A DNA stretch of 64,000 bases from Chloroflexota bacterium. GTDB lineage: Bacteria > Chloroflexota > Dehalococcoidia > DSTF01 > RBG-16-68-14. The position numbers were made by a program, and so were the translations under genes. The stretch covers positions 2,801 through 66,800 of the forward strand of contig JADFKB010000003.1 in NCBI GenBank assembly GCA_022565155.1, read 5' to 3'. Positions 27,023 to 36,147 of this stretch are shown piece after piece; the first letter of the stretch is position 1; every line of letters begins with the position of its first letter. The notes beneath the pieces are model-generated. The model was not told the DNA's origin. It saw only the letters and a program-made list of their open reading frames with translations, and ran no database searches.

Positions 27023-28483
27023 GTGAGTTCCAACCTACGCGAATCCTGCGGCGTCTTCGGCGTTGTCGCCCCCGGGGAAGAGGTCGCCAGGATCACCTTC
27101 TACGGCCTCTACGCTCTGCAACATCGAGGACAGGAGAGCGCAGGGATCGCCTCGGCCAACGACAGGCGGCTGTATCTGCGCACCGGCATGGGGCTCGTCT
27201 CCCAAGTATTCAATGAAGACGACCTCAGCTACCTGCCCGGCCAGATGGCGATCGGCCACACGCGCTACTCCACCACCGGCTACAGCGAAGCGGCGAACGC
27301 CCAGCCGTGCCTGGTCGAGGCGCCTGCCGGCAAGCTGGCGCTGGGCCACAACGGCAATATCGTCAACGCTTCCGTGCTGCGTGAAGACCTGGAAGAGCAG
27401 GGCGTCGAGTTTTCCACCGGCACCGATTCCGAGGTGATCGCGCAGACGTTGGCGCAGGCCCCAGGCGAGTCCTGGCAGCAGCGCTGGGCGTATCTGATGC
27501 GGCGGCTGAAGGGCGCCTATTCGCTCGTCGCGCTGACGCCGAACGAGCTGATGGCCGCCCGCGATCCGATGGGCAACCGGCCGCTCTGTCTGGGAACGCT
27601 GGACGGTGGCTGGGTCGTCGCGTCGGAGACGTGCGCCTTCGACCACCTGGGCGCGACGTTCGTGCGGGAGATCGAGCCGGGCGAAGTCGTCCGCATCACA
27701 GCAAAGGACGGCGTGGAGAGCTACCAGGCGGCCGAGCCTAAGAAGGCATTCTGCATCTTCGAGTACATCTACTTCGCGCGGCTTGACAGCGTTCTCGATG
27801 ACAAGCTGGTCTACCCGGTGCGTATGGCGCTGGGCGCGCAGGTGGCGCGCGAGCACCCCGTCGATGCCGACATCGTCATCGGCGTGCCGGACTCGGCGAT
27901 CGCGGCCGCCATCGGCTTCTCACAGGAGGCGGATATCCCGTTCGTAGAGGGGCTGGTCAAGAATCGCTACGTCGGCCGCACGTTCATCCAACCTGACCAG
28001 CGCCTCCGCGAAGTGGGCGTGCGTTTGAAGTTCAACCCGCTGCCGGAGCTGCTCGAAGGCCGGAGAGTCGCTGTCGTGGACGATTCGATCGTGCGCGGGA
28101 CGACCAACCGGCCGGTGGTATCGATGCTACGCAAGGCGGGCGCGAAGGAGGTGCACGTGCGCATCACCTCGCCGCCGATCATCTCGCCCTGCTTCTTTGG
28201 CATCGATATGGGATCGCGCTGGGAGCTGATCGCCGGACGGATGAGCGTCGATGAGATTCGAGAGCATATCGGCGCGGACTCGCTGGGCTACCTCAGCGTG
28301 GAAGGGCTAATCGAGGCGGTCGGCCTGCCAAAGGACAAGTTCTGCCTCGCCTGCTTCACCGGCGAGTATCCGATGCCGGTGCCGCTGCAGTTGGACAAGC
28401 TAGCGCTGGAAACGGCCGGTGGCCGCGACCGCCACGAGTTCGAGTGGATGGAAAGCGTGCCTTCTGCGCTACGTGGCCCGTGA
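27023..28483 (+). CDS. purF: amidophosphoribosyltransferase
   Basis: The processed N-terminal Cys context ..ESCGVFGV, the PRTase motif VAVVDDSIVRGTT and C-terminal Fe-S Cys residues. Confidence 0.95.
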   Translation: MSSNLRESCGVFGVVAPGEEVARITFYGLYALQHRGQESAGIASANDRRLYLRTGMGLVSQVFNEDDLSYLPGQMAIGHTRYSTTGYSEAANAQPCLVEAPAGKLALGHNGNIVNASVLREDLEEQGVEFSTGTDSEVIAQTLAQAPGESWQQRWAYLMRRLKGAYSLVALTPNELMAARDPMGNRPLCLGTLDGGWVVASETCAFDHLGATFVREIEPGEVVRITAKDGVESYQAAEPKKAFCIFEYIYFARLDSVLDDKLVYPVRMALGAQVAREHPVDADIVIGVPDSAIAAAIGFSQEADIPFVEGLVKNRYVGRTFIQPDQRLREVGVRLKFNPLPELLEGRRVAVVDDSIVRGTTNRPVVSMLRKAGAKEVHVRITSPPIISPCFFGIDMGSRWELIAGRMSVDEIREHIGADSLGYLSVEGLIEAVGLPKDKFCLACFTGEYPMPVPLQLDKLALETAGGRDRHEFEWMESVPSALRGP

Positions 28484-29529
28484 GCAGCCCCAACGGCGGC
28501 CCGCCAACGCACACCTACGCTGCCGCCGGCGTCGACCACGATGCGAGACGCCGCTTCATCGAACGCATCGCCCCGATCGCTCGGTCGACGCACCGGCCGG
28601 AGGTGCTCTCCGGCGTCGGGCCGTTCGGCGGGCTGTTCCAGCTAGGCAGCTACCGGCAGCCCGTCCTGGTATCGAGTACAGACAGCGTCGGCACGAAAGT
28701 GAAGATCGCCGCGCTGCTCGACCGCTTCGAAGGCATTGGCATCGACCTGGTGAACCAGAGCGTGAACGATATCCTCACCTCCGGGGCGGAGGCGCTCTTC
28801 TTTCTCGACTACATGGCGTCTTCCACGCTGACCCATGACCAGAAGACCGCGATGGTGGAGGGCGTCGCCGCCGCCTGCCGCGACGCCGGCTGCGCGCTCA
28901 TCGGCGGCGAGACGGCGGACATGCCGGACGTCTACGCGGAAGGCGACCTCGATTTCGTCGGCTTCGTCGTCGGCGTCGTCGAACGCGACGCGATCATCGA
29001 CGGTGCGGCGATCCGCGAGGGCGACGCGCTGCTGGCGCTGCCTTCTTCTGGGTTGCACACGAACGGCTACTCGCTGGTGCGGCGTATCTTCGGTGTCGGC
29101 ATCGGCGGCGACCGCGCGGAGGAGCGAACGAAGCTGAACCGTCACTACGACGAGTTAGACGGCACGCTGGGCGAGGCGCTGTTGGCGCCGCACCGGTCTT
29201 ACGTGACAGAGGTGCAGGCGGTGTCGTCCAAGCTGAAGGGCATAACCCACATCACCGGCGGCGGCCTGCTGGACAACGTGCCGCGCATCCTGCCGAGCGG
29301 CCTCGGCGCGCGCATCGACCGTGCGGCCTGGCAGGTGCCGCCCATCTTCGAATTGATCGCGCGCGAGGGCAACGTGGCTGAGCGCGAGATGTTCCGCACG
29401 TTCAACATGGGCCTCGGCCTCGTCCTCGCCGTCGACCCGGCGGACGTGGACGCCGTCCGCGCCGCGGTGCCGGAGGCGCTGGTGGTGGGAGAGGTGGTGG
29501 CGGATGCGGGAGAGCGGGTGACCTTTTAG
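28480..29529 (+). CDS. purM: phosphoribosylformylglycinamidine cyclo-ligase (AIR synthetase)
   Basis: YAAAGVD.., ..STDSVGTKV.., ..GGETADMP. GTG 28480 overlaps the purF TGA (GTGA). The track alternative is ATG 28444. Confidence 0.9.
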   Translation: MSSPNGGPPTHTYAAAGVDHDARRRFIERIAPIARSTHRPEVLSGVGPFGGLFQLGSYRQPVLVSSTDSVGTKVKIAALLDRFEGIGIDLVNQSVNDILTSGAEALFFLDYMASSTLTHDQKTAMVEGVAAACRDAGCALIGGETADMPDVYAEGDLDFVGFVVGVVERDAIIDGAAIREGDALLALPSSGLHTNGYSLVRRIFGVGIGGDRAEERTKLNRHYDELDGTLGEALLAPHRSYVTEVQAVSSKLKGITHITGGGLLDNVPRILPSGLGARIDRAAWQVPPIFELIAREGNVAEREMFRTFNMGLGLVLAVDPADVDAVRAAVPEALVVGEVVADAGERVTF

Positions 29530-29534
29530 CTAAC

Positions 29535-31088
29535 ATGCGCGCCATCATCGCACCGTACGATAAAACCGGCGCCGTGGAGCTGGCGCGCGGGCTGCTGAAG
29601 CTGGGGGCGGAGATCTTCGCCACCGGCGGCAGCCAGCGCCATCTGGCCGAGGCCGGGCTGGAGGCGCGCGGCATCTCGGAGCTGACCGGCTTCCCGGAGA
29701 TGCTGGACGGCCGAGTCAAGACGCTGCATCCCGCCGTCCACGGCGGCATCCTCGCCCGCCGCGACCGGCCGGAGCACCTGGCCGAGCTGGAGCAGCACGG
29801 GCTGGGGCTTATCGACCTTGTCGCAGTCAACCTCTACCCTTTCGTCGAGACCGTCGCCGACGTGAACGTGCGGCTGGAGGACGCGCTGGAGCAGATCGAC
29901 ATCGGCGGGCCGACGATGCTGCGTGCCGCCGCGAAGAACTTCCCGCACGTGCTGCCGCTCGTCGACCCGGCCGACTACGCCCCGGCGCTCGAGGCGCTGC
30001 AGGCAGGCGAGGTGCCGCTAGACCAGCGGCGGCGGCTGGCGGCGAAGGCGTTCCAGCACGTCGCGCTCTACGACACGGCGATCGCGGGGTATCTGCGCGC
30101 TGACGACGCCCAACTACCGGAAGAGATTACCGTCGGCCTGCGCCGCCTCTCCGAGCTGCGCTACGGCGAGAACCCGCACCAACAGGCGGCCTTCTACGCG
30201 GACGCCGGCAGCCCTACGCTCGTTGGGCTTGCCGCGGCGGAGCAGTTGCACGGCAAGCAGCTCTCCTACGTCAACATCCTGGACGCGGACGCCGCCTATG
30301 GCGCCGCCTGCGACTTCGATGCGCCCGCCGTGGCGATCGTCAAGCACGCCAACCCCTGCGGCCTCGCCGCGCACGATGACATCGTCGAGGCGTTTCAGCG
30401 CGCGCTGGCCGGCGATCCCATCTCCGCGTTCGGCGGCATCGTTGCCGTAAACCGGCCGGTCACAGGCGGACTGGCGAAGGCGATCCGAGCCAGCAAGCAC
30501 CCCACCAGCGGCCAGCGGCTGTTCCTGGAGATCATCATCGCGCCGGAGTTCGACGGCGAGGCGCTGGCGCTCCTACAGAAGAGCCGCGACCTGCGCATCC
30601 TGCGCGCGCCGCTGCTCGGCCAGGCCGGCGGCCCGTTCGAGCTGCGCCAGGTGGTCGGGGGGATGCTGATGCAAACGCGCGATCGCGTGGCCGACGATGA
30701 TGTGAAGCTACAGGTCGTCACGAAGCGCACGCCCAGCGACGAAGAGCTGGCCGACCTGCGATTCGCATCGAAAGCGGTGAAGCACGTGAAGTCGAACGCG
30801 ATCGTCCTAGCGAAAGACGGAGCGATCACCGGCATGGGTGCCGGGCAGCCCAACCGCGTCACCAGCGTCCACCTGGCGTTGCGCGCCGCCGGCGAACGCG
30901 CGCCCGGCAGCGCCCTGGCGTCCGATGCCCTGATCCCGTTCCCTGACAGCATCGAGGTCGCGGCCGAGGGAGGCGTTCGCGCCGTCGTCCAGCCGGGCGG
31001 CTCCGTGCGCGACGATGAGGTGATCGCCGCCTGCGACCGGCTGGGCGTGGCGATGGTGGTGACGGGCTATCGACACTTCAAGCACTAG
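29535..31088 (+). CDS. purH: bifunctional AICAR transformylase / IMP cyclohydrolase
   Basis: MRAIIAPYDKTG.. MGS-like domain, ..VKTLHPAVHGGIL.. and a C-terminal ..GYRHFKH. Confidence 0.95.
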   Translation: MRAIIAPYDKTGAVELARGLLKLGAEIFATGGSQRHLAEAGLEARGISELTGFPEMLDGRVKTLHPAVHGGILARRDRPEHLAELEQHGLGLIDLVAVNLYPFVETVADVNVRLEDALEQIDIGGPTMLRAAAKNFPHVLPLVDPADYAPALEALQAGEVPLDQRRRLAAKAFQHVALYDTAIAGYLRADDAQLPEEITVGLRRLSELRYGENPHQQAAFYADAGSPTLVGLAAAEQLHGKQLSYVNILDADAAYGAACDFDAPAVAIVKHANPCGLAAHDDIVEAFQRALAGDPISAFGGIVAVNRPVTGGLAKAIRASKHPTSGQRLFLEIIIAPEFDGEALALLQKSRDLRILRAPLLGQAGGPFELRQVVGGMLMQTRDRVADDDVKLQVVTKRTPSDEELADLRFASKAVKHVKSNAIVLAKDGAITGMGAGQPNRVTSVHLALRAAGERAPGSALASDALIPFPDSIEVAAEGGVRAVVQPGGSVRDDEVIAACDRLGVAMVVTGYRHFKH

Positions 31089-31381
31089 ACGTGAAGACCA
31101 TCCTGAGTCTGTTGGCGGATGGTGTGAAAGAGGTGACGGGTAGATGATAGTGTTGCGGCAGTTATGAGGCGAAGAGTTGACAGCGCGGAGTTGGATCTGG
31201 ACAGACTTGAAGGTCTGTCCCTACGATGTTTGTGCCCAGCTTCGGAACGCGTCTTGAGCTCTGCCGGCAGGCAGGTTGTCGCCACATTGTCGATGGATGC
31301 CGCCACGTTGCCTGGCCATAAGACTGGTGTAATACTTGGCAGGTGCAGAACGATATGATCAGCAGAAGAGAAGGAGCACAA

Positions 31382-32473
31382 ATGACGGTAGCGGCTGACC
31401 TGACGGTGATGCAGCTTGATGAGATCGTGGCGGAGCTGCCTGTCGAGGATCGCGTCGCCTTCGAGAGCGTCTTCCACGTCGCAGCGACGCGCGGCGATCT
31501 TGTGCCGCCGGAGACGATGCGCAACTGGATCGCAGAGCGCTTCGGCGAGCCGGAGCTGGTGCGCCATCAGAAGATCATCAAGGTGACCAACATCGTCACG
31601 CTGGAGGGCGTCATCTTCAACTGGCTGCGGTCGTCGAGGCCGATCTGGCGGCAAGAGCTGAACCTGGACGAGGAGTTGGAGCGCAGCAACGGCGACCCGT
31701 TCGACACGCCTTACGAGTTGACGCCGGAAGACACGTTCGGCCGCGTCGAGAGTGAGTGGTGTGTCACCGCCAGCAACATCGCGAAGTTCGACGGCTACCA
31801 CGGCCTGGTGATCTTCAAAGAGAAGAACCCACTCCGCTTCACCAGAGAACAGTTCCATGACTACCTGAACACCGGCGAACGCTGGGCGGCCCTGGCCCAC
31901 CGCAGTGATCCGTCCGCGAAGTACTACTTATTCCTCTGGAACTGCCTCTGGCGCGCAGGCGCATCGCTGCTGCACGGCCACGCCCAGGTGCTGCTCGGCC
32001 GCGAGATGCACTACGCGGCGATCGAGTCGCTGCGCCGCGCCGCGCTGCTCTTCGAGGCGACGCACCGCAAGAACTACTTCGACGCGGTCTACACCGCCCA
32101 TGAGCTGGTCGGCGCAGGGTTCCAGCGCGGCAGCGTCCGCGTGCTGGCGAACCTGGCGCCGGTGAAGGAGCACGAGGTGATCCTGGTCGCGGACGAGATG
32201 AACGACGAGTTGAAGGATCGAACCTACGAGGCGCTGGCCTGCCTCCGCGACCAGCTTGGTGTCAGCTCGTTTAACCTGGTGCTCTACCGGCCGCCGCTGG
32301 CGCCAACGAGCGAAAGCTGGGACGGTTTTCCTGTGATGATTCGCATCGTCGACCGCGGCGACCCGACGACGCGCACGAACGACATCGGCGCGATGGAGCT
32401 GTACGCGGCCAGCGTCGTCTCCAGCGATCCGCTCAAGCTGGCGCAGACGCTGCAGGCCGCGCTGCCGGCGTAA
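31382..32473 (+). CDS. hypothetical protein, possibly a GalT-branch HIT-superfamily nucleotidyltransferase
   Basis: LLHGHAQVLLG fits the HxHxQ signature of the GalT/ADP-glucose phosphorylase branch. ATG 31382 follows AAGGAG. The family call is weak. Confidence 0.45.
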   Translation: MTVAADLTVMQLDEIVAELPVEDRVAFESVFHVAATRGDLVPPETMRNWIAERFGEPELVRHQKIIKVTNIVTLEGVIFNWLRSSRPIWRQELNLDEELERSNGDPFDTPYELTPEDTFGRVESEWCVTASNIAKFDGYHGLVIFKEKNPLRFTREQFHDYLNTGERWAALAHRSDPSAKYYLFLWNCLWRAGASLLHGHAQVLLGREMHYAAIESLRRAALLFEATHRKNYFDAVYTAHELVGAGFQRGSVRVLANLAPVKEHEVILVADEMNDELKDRTYEALACLRDQLGVSSFNLVLYRPPLAPTSESWDGFPVMIRIVDRGDPTTRTNDIGAMELYAASVVSSDPLKLAQTLQAALPA

Positions 32474-32574
32474 CAGTTGTCGTTGCCGTTCGCCTCTGGG
32501 CGGGGATGCGCCGGCTGGCTTGGTAAGGCCTGCTCGCAGGCGCCCACGGGTAGAAGATCGACGGAGTCGGATTC

Positions 32575-33309
32575 GTGACCCAGCTCGATATCGTCCTCCC
32601 CGTGTATAACGAAGCGCACGTGCTCGCTGGCAGCGTCGAGCAGCTGCGAGGGTACCTGCAAGACAGCGGATTTCCGTATACCTGGCGCATCGTCATCGCC
32701 GACAACGCCTCGACGGACGGGACGCTGGCCGCCGCCCACTCGCTGGAGGACCGCTTCGATGATGTCGCGGCGCTCCACCTGCCGCAGAAGGGCCGCGGCC
32801 GCGCCCTGCGCAAAGCCTGGCTGGAGAGCGAGGCCGACGCGGCCTGCTTCATGGACGTGGACCTCTCGACAGATCTCGATGCGCTGCTTCCGCTCGCAAG
32901 GGCCGTGCTGGAAGAGGGCTACGATGTCGCGACCGGCTCTCGGATGACGCGCGGATCGCAGATTACGCGCTCGCTCAGGCGCGAGATCACCTCTCGCGGG
33001 CTGATCACACTGATCAAGCTGCTCTTCTGGTCGAAGCTCTCCGATACGCAGTGCGGCTTTAAGGCAATTACGCGCCAGGCGGCCCGGGAGCTAGTGCCGC
33101 GCATCGAGAACGAAGAGTGGTTCTTCGATACGGAGCTGCTGCTGCTGGCGGAGAAGGGCGGCTATCGCGTCAAGGACGTGCCCGTACGCTGGATCGAAGA
33201 CACCGACACACGCGTAAACGTAGTCAAGACCGTGCTGGAAGACCTAAGCGGCCTGCTGCGGATGCGCCTCCGCCGTATCCCTCGCCGGGGTGATGAACCG
33301 AGCCTGTAA
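32575..33309 (+). CDS. family 2 glycosyltransferase (polyprenyl-phosphate sugar synthase-like)
   Basis: IVLPVYNE.., ..IADNASTDGT.., ..MDVDLSTD.., ..TQCGFKAI. Confidence 0.85.
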   Translation: MTQLDIVLPVYNEAHVLAGSVEQLRGYLQDSGFPYTWRIVIADNASTDGTLAAAHSLEDRFDDVAALHLPQKGRGRALRKAWLESEADAACFMDVDLSTDLDALLPLARAVLEEGYDVATGSRMTRGSQITRSLRREITSRGLITLIKLLFWSKLSDTQCGFKAITRQAARELVPRIENEEWFFDTELLLLAEKGGYRVKDVPVRWIEDTDTRVNVVKTVLEDLSGLLRMRLRRIPRRGDEPSL

Positions 33310-33338
33310 ACGGCCTCTTATCCCTATTCGAATCCATC

Positions 33339-33367
33339 TTGACAGTAAGCTAGCTCGATGCTAGTCT
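33339..33367 (+). promoter_or_regulatory. sigma-70-type promoter of the cytochrome bc-type operon
   Basis: TTGACA (33339..33344), 17 nt, then TAGTCT (33362..33367). Confidence 0.5.
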
Positions 33368-33438
33368 GCGATTGCAACTGGCTTCACAAATGGGCCAGGC
33401 CAGCCGTTGGCTGATTCGGTCTGAACGTAGGTGAAACC

Positions 33439-33564
33439 ATGCCCTGGGATGTAGGTGACCTTGGATTTATAGCGCCTGACTTCGTCGAGTTCCTCGCCGC
33501 GTTCATCACGATGATGATCGCCTTCGCTATCCTGGTCGCACTAGGCCAATGGTGGGCGCGCTAG
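33439..33564 (+). CDS. unannotated 41-aa single-TM mini-protein, first gene of the bc-type operon
   Basis: Own translation: MPWDVGDLGFIAPDFVEFLAAFITMMIAFAILVALGQWWAR*. SD AGGTGA lies 6 nt upstream. It is below the 60-aa cut-off of the track. Confidence 0.4.
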   Translation: MPWDVGDLGFIAPDFVEFLAAFITMMIAFAILVALGQWWAR

Positions 33565-33584
33565 CCGCTCGCTGGGAGTAGTAG

Positions 33585-34340
33585 ATGGCTGTATCTGAGC
33601 AACCTCGCGGCCCTAAGCTGGCTTCGTGGCTGTACGGTAAGCTCTTCCACAACTACATCTGGCGCTCCATCTTCCGTTCCGGCTACCCCAGCACACCGCG
33701 CAACCAGATGCTGGTAGTGGCGACGAACGTCTTCCTCCATCTGCACCCGACGCGCATCCACAAGACGCACGTCAGGATCACCCACACCTACTGCCTGGGC
33801 GGGATCACGTTCTTCTTCTTCCTAGGTCTGACCGTCACCGGCGTCATGCTGATGTTCTACTACGTGCCATCGCCGGAGCGCGCGTTTAGCGATGTCGCGG
33901 CGTTAGAGACCAACATCCGCTTCGGCATGCTGATGCGCAACCTGCACCGCTGGATGGCGCACGGGATGGTGATCTCCGTCTTCCTGCACATGATGCGCGT
34001 CTTCTACACCGGCTCCTATAAGGCGCCGCGAGAATTCAACTGGTTGGTGGGCGTGATCCTGCTGACGCTGACGCTGGCGCTGAGTTTCACCGGCTATCTG
34101 CTGCCCTGGGACCAGCTCTCTATCTGGGCGGTCACGGTTGGCATGAACATGGCTGGCAGCGTACCGCTGATGGGCGAACAAAGCCGATTCATCCTGCTGG
34201 GCGGGTTCGAGGTGGGCGATGCCGCCCTCATCCGCTTCTACACGCTGCACGTGATCGGGTTACCGTTACTCGCTGCGATCTTTATGGCCGTTCACTTCTG
34301 GCGCATCCGAAGGGACGGCGGCCTGGCACGGCCTCTCTAG
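33585..34340 (+). CDS. cytochrome b6-like subunit (N-terminal, four-helix cytochrome b)
   Basis: ..NIRFGMLMRNLHRWMAHGMVISVFLHMMRVFYTGSYK..LTGYLLPWDQLSIWAVTVG.. gives the heme-ligand His pairs and the PW(D/G)Q motif. Confidence 0.9.
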   Translation: MAVSEQPRGPKLASWLYGKLFHNYIWRSIFRSGYPSTPRNQMLVVATNVFLHLHPTRIHKTHVRITHTYCLGGITFFFFLGLTVTGVMLMFYYVPSPERAFSDVAALETNIRFGMLMRNLHRWMAHGMVISVFLHMMRVFYTGSYKAPREFNWLVGVILLTLTLALSFTGYLLPWDQLSIWAVTVGMNMAGSVPLMGEQSRFILLGGFEVGDAALIRFYTLHVIGLPLLAAIFMAVHFWRIRRDGGLARPL

Positions 34341-34343
34341 CCG

Positions 34344-35330
34344 ATGGCGGCGGGCGCGCGGACAGTATCGAGCACACAGGGCGGCGCTCGCCCCCGCCGC
34401 GAGCGAGAGCAAGAGCTTCTCGTCTGGCCCGACCTCGTCTTCGTCGAGTTCATCGCCGCTGTCGTCTTCACGCTGGCGTTCATCATTCTCTCGACCATCC
34501 TGGACGCGCCGCTCCTGAACGAGGCGAACCTGGACATCACACCCAACCCATCGAAAGCGGCCTGGTACCTGGCCAGCTTCCAGGAGCTGCTGCTGCACAT
34601 GCATCCGGCGCTGGGCGGCGTGATCGCGCCGACGTTCGCGATCATCATCCTGTTCATGATCCCGTACATCGATCGCTCCAACGCAGGGCAAGGCGTCTGG
34701 TTCGGCACACCGAACGCAGTCAAGATCGCGCTCTTCTCGGCCGCGTTCGCATCGGTCTTCACGGTCGGCCTGATCCTGTATGACGCGGGCCGCCACGTCA
34801 ACGTCGTCACCAACGTCGCCCAGCGCGTCGATAAGGACTGGGAGTGGCCGGGCGCGCTTGCCCCGTTCCAGAACATGCGCGCGATCCAGACCGGCTGGGA
34901 GTGGGGAGTGCCGGTGCCGAAATCGGCCCAGCTTGGGCCCGGCGAGCACGATGGTGTGCTCAACTGGCCGGAGGACTTCTCACACGTGCCGATGCCGTTC
35001 AACGGCACCAGCGGCCCGGACTGGATGCGCTGGGATAAGCCGGATTCCTTACCGGGCTGGGTGCAGTCCTTGTACTGGTATGACCTCAATATGAATACCC
35101 CCGCATTCATCGTCGAACTTTTCATACCGATGGCCATCATGATTGGGCTGCCCGCGTTACTGATCTTCATCCTTCGGCGCTTAGGCTGGGTGGAGACGAT
35201 ACGCGACGGATCGATCGCGATCTTCACCGGCATGCTGGTTGTCTATTTCATCTTGACGATCATCGCCTCGGGCTTCCGGGGCGCCGGCCAGGACCTTGTG
35301 CTGCCCTGGGATGTGCCGCATATCGACTAA
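34344..35330 (+). CDS. cytochrome b C-terminal / subunit IV-like membrane protein (extended)
   Basis: ..[30 protein letters not shown].. is the PEWY-region equivalent. There are additional C-terminal TM helices. Confidence 0.8.
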   Translation: MAAGARTVSSTQGGARPRREREQELLVWPDLVFVEFIAAVVFTLAFIILSTILDAPLLNEANLDITPNPSKAAWYLASFQELLLHMHPALGGVIAPTFAIIILFMIPYIDRSNAGQGVWFGTPNAVKIALFSAAFASVFTVGLILYDAGRHVNVVTNVAQRVDKDWEWPGALAPFQNMRAIQTGWEWGVPVPKSAQLGPGEHDGVLNWPEDFSHVPMPFNGTSGPDWMRWDKPDSLPGWVQSLYWYDLNMNTPAFIVELFIPMAIMIGLPALLIFILRRLGWVETIRDGSIAIFTGMLVVYFILTIIASGFRGAGQDLVLPWDVPHID

Positions 35331-35340
35331 CGAGGCTGCG

Positions 35341-36093
35341 ATGACTGAGCAAGAGAAGCCAGACGAAACTCCCGAAGCGGACGCAGGCGAGCAGCCGGCT
35401 GCCGAACAGCCTGCGGCTGAGCAGCCTGCTGCCGAAAAGCCCGACGCTGCAGCCGGTGAACAGCCGGCCCCACCCGCCGCGAAGCCGGCCGCGAAGGCGG
35501 CCGCGAAGAAACAGCCCGAACCGGCGAAGCCCGCCGGCCCCGCGACCGCCGTCGTCAACCCGCAGCGGGTACCCGGCACGCCGATCGTTCCGCGCCGCGC
35601 GATTCTGCAGATCGGGTTCTGGACCGGCATCGGCGCCGCTGTCGCCGGCGTAGCGGCCGGCGGCGTTGACTTCGTCTACCCGCGAGGCGTCACAGGCTTC
35701 GGCGGCACCGTCTCCGTCAGCGCCGATGCCCTGCCGGCGCCGGGAGAGAAGGTGCAGATCCCAACCGGTCGATTCTGGCTCGTCAACCTGACGGAAGAGC
35801 AGGGCGGGCCGGGGCTGCTGGCGCTCTGGTGGAAGTGCCCGCATCTCGGTTGCACTGTTCCCTGGAAACCCAACTTCTCTGACCCAGCCATCGGCGCTGA
35901 CAAGAAAGGTTGGTTTCGCTGCCCCTGCCACGGCTCCACCTATACGGATGCGGGCGTGCGCATCTTCGGCCCGGCCCCCCGTTCGATGGACACGATGGAT
36001 CTCTCAGTAGGTGCGGATGGGCGCGTCTCCGTCAACACCGGCAGTACCACGAACGGCGCGCCGGATAACGCCGACCGCGCCGTTCGCATCTAA
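35341..36093 (+). CDS. Rieske 2Fe-2S subunit with a low-complexity Ala/Pro/Glu/Lys N-terminal extension
   Basis: CPHLGC..(17)..CPCHGS Rieske boxes and a Tat-like ..[12 protein letters not shown] prefer the ATG at 35341 to the track start 35296. Confidence 0.9.
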   Translation: MTEQEKPDETPEADAGEQPAAEQPAAEQPAAEKPDAAAGEQPAPPAAKPAAKAAAKKQPEPAKPAGPATAVVNPQRVPGTPIVPRRAILQIGFWTGIGAAVAGVAAGGVDFVYPRGVTGFGGTVSVSADALPAPGEKVQIPTGRFWLVNLTEEQGGPGLLALWWKCPHLGCTVPWKPNFSDPAIGADKKGWFRCPCHGSTYTDAGVRIFGPAPRSMDTMDLSVGADGRVSVNTGSTTNGAPDNADRAVRI

Positions 36094-36147
36094 CTGCATC
36101 TAGTAACTGCATCTAGCTATCGACCGCACGATCCGTAGAGGAGAGAG

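Noticed and set aside
35389-35448. The tandem 15-nt repeats could be mistaken for a short CRISPR-like or VNTR array
   Set aside because: They are in frame inside the Rieske gene, contiguous without spacers, and encode a low-complexity peptide. I found no CRISPR array anywhere in the window.
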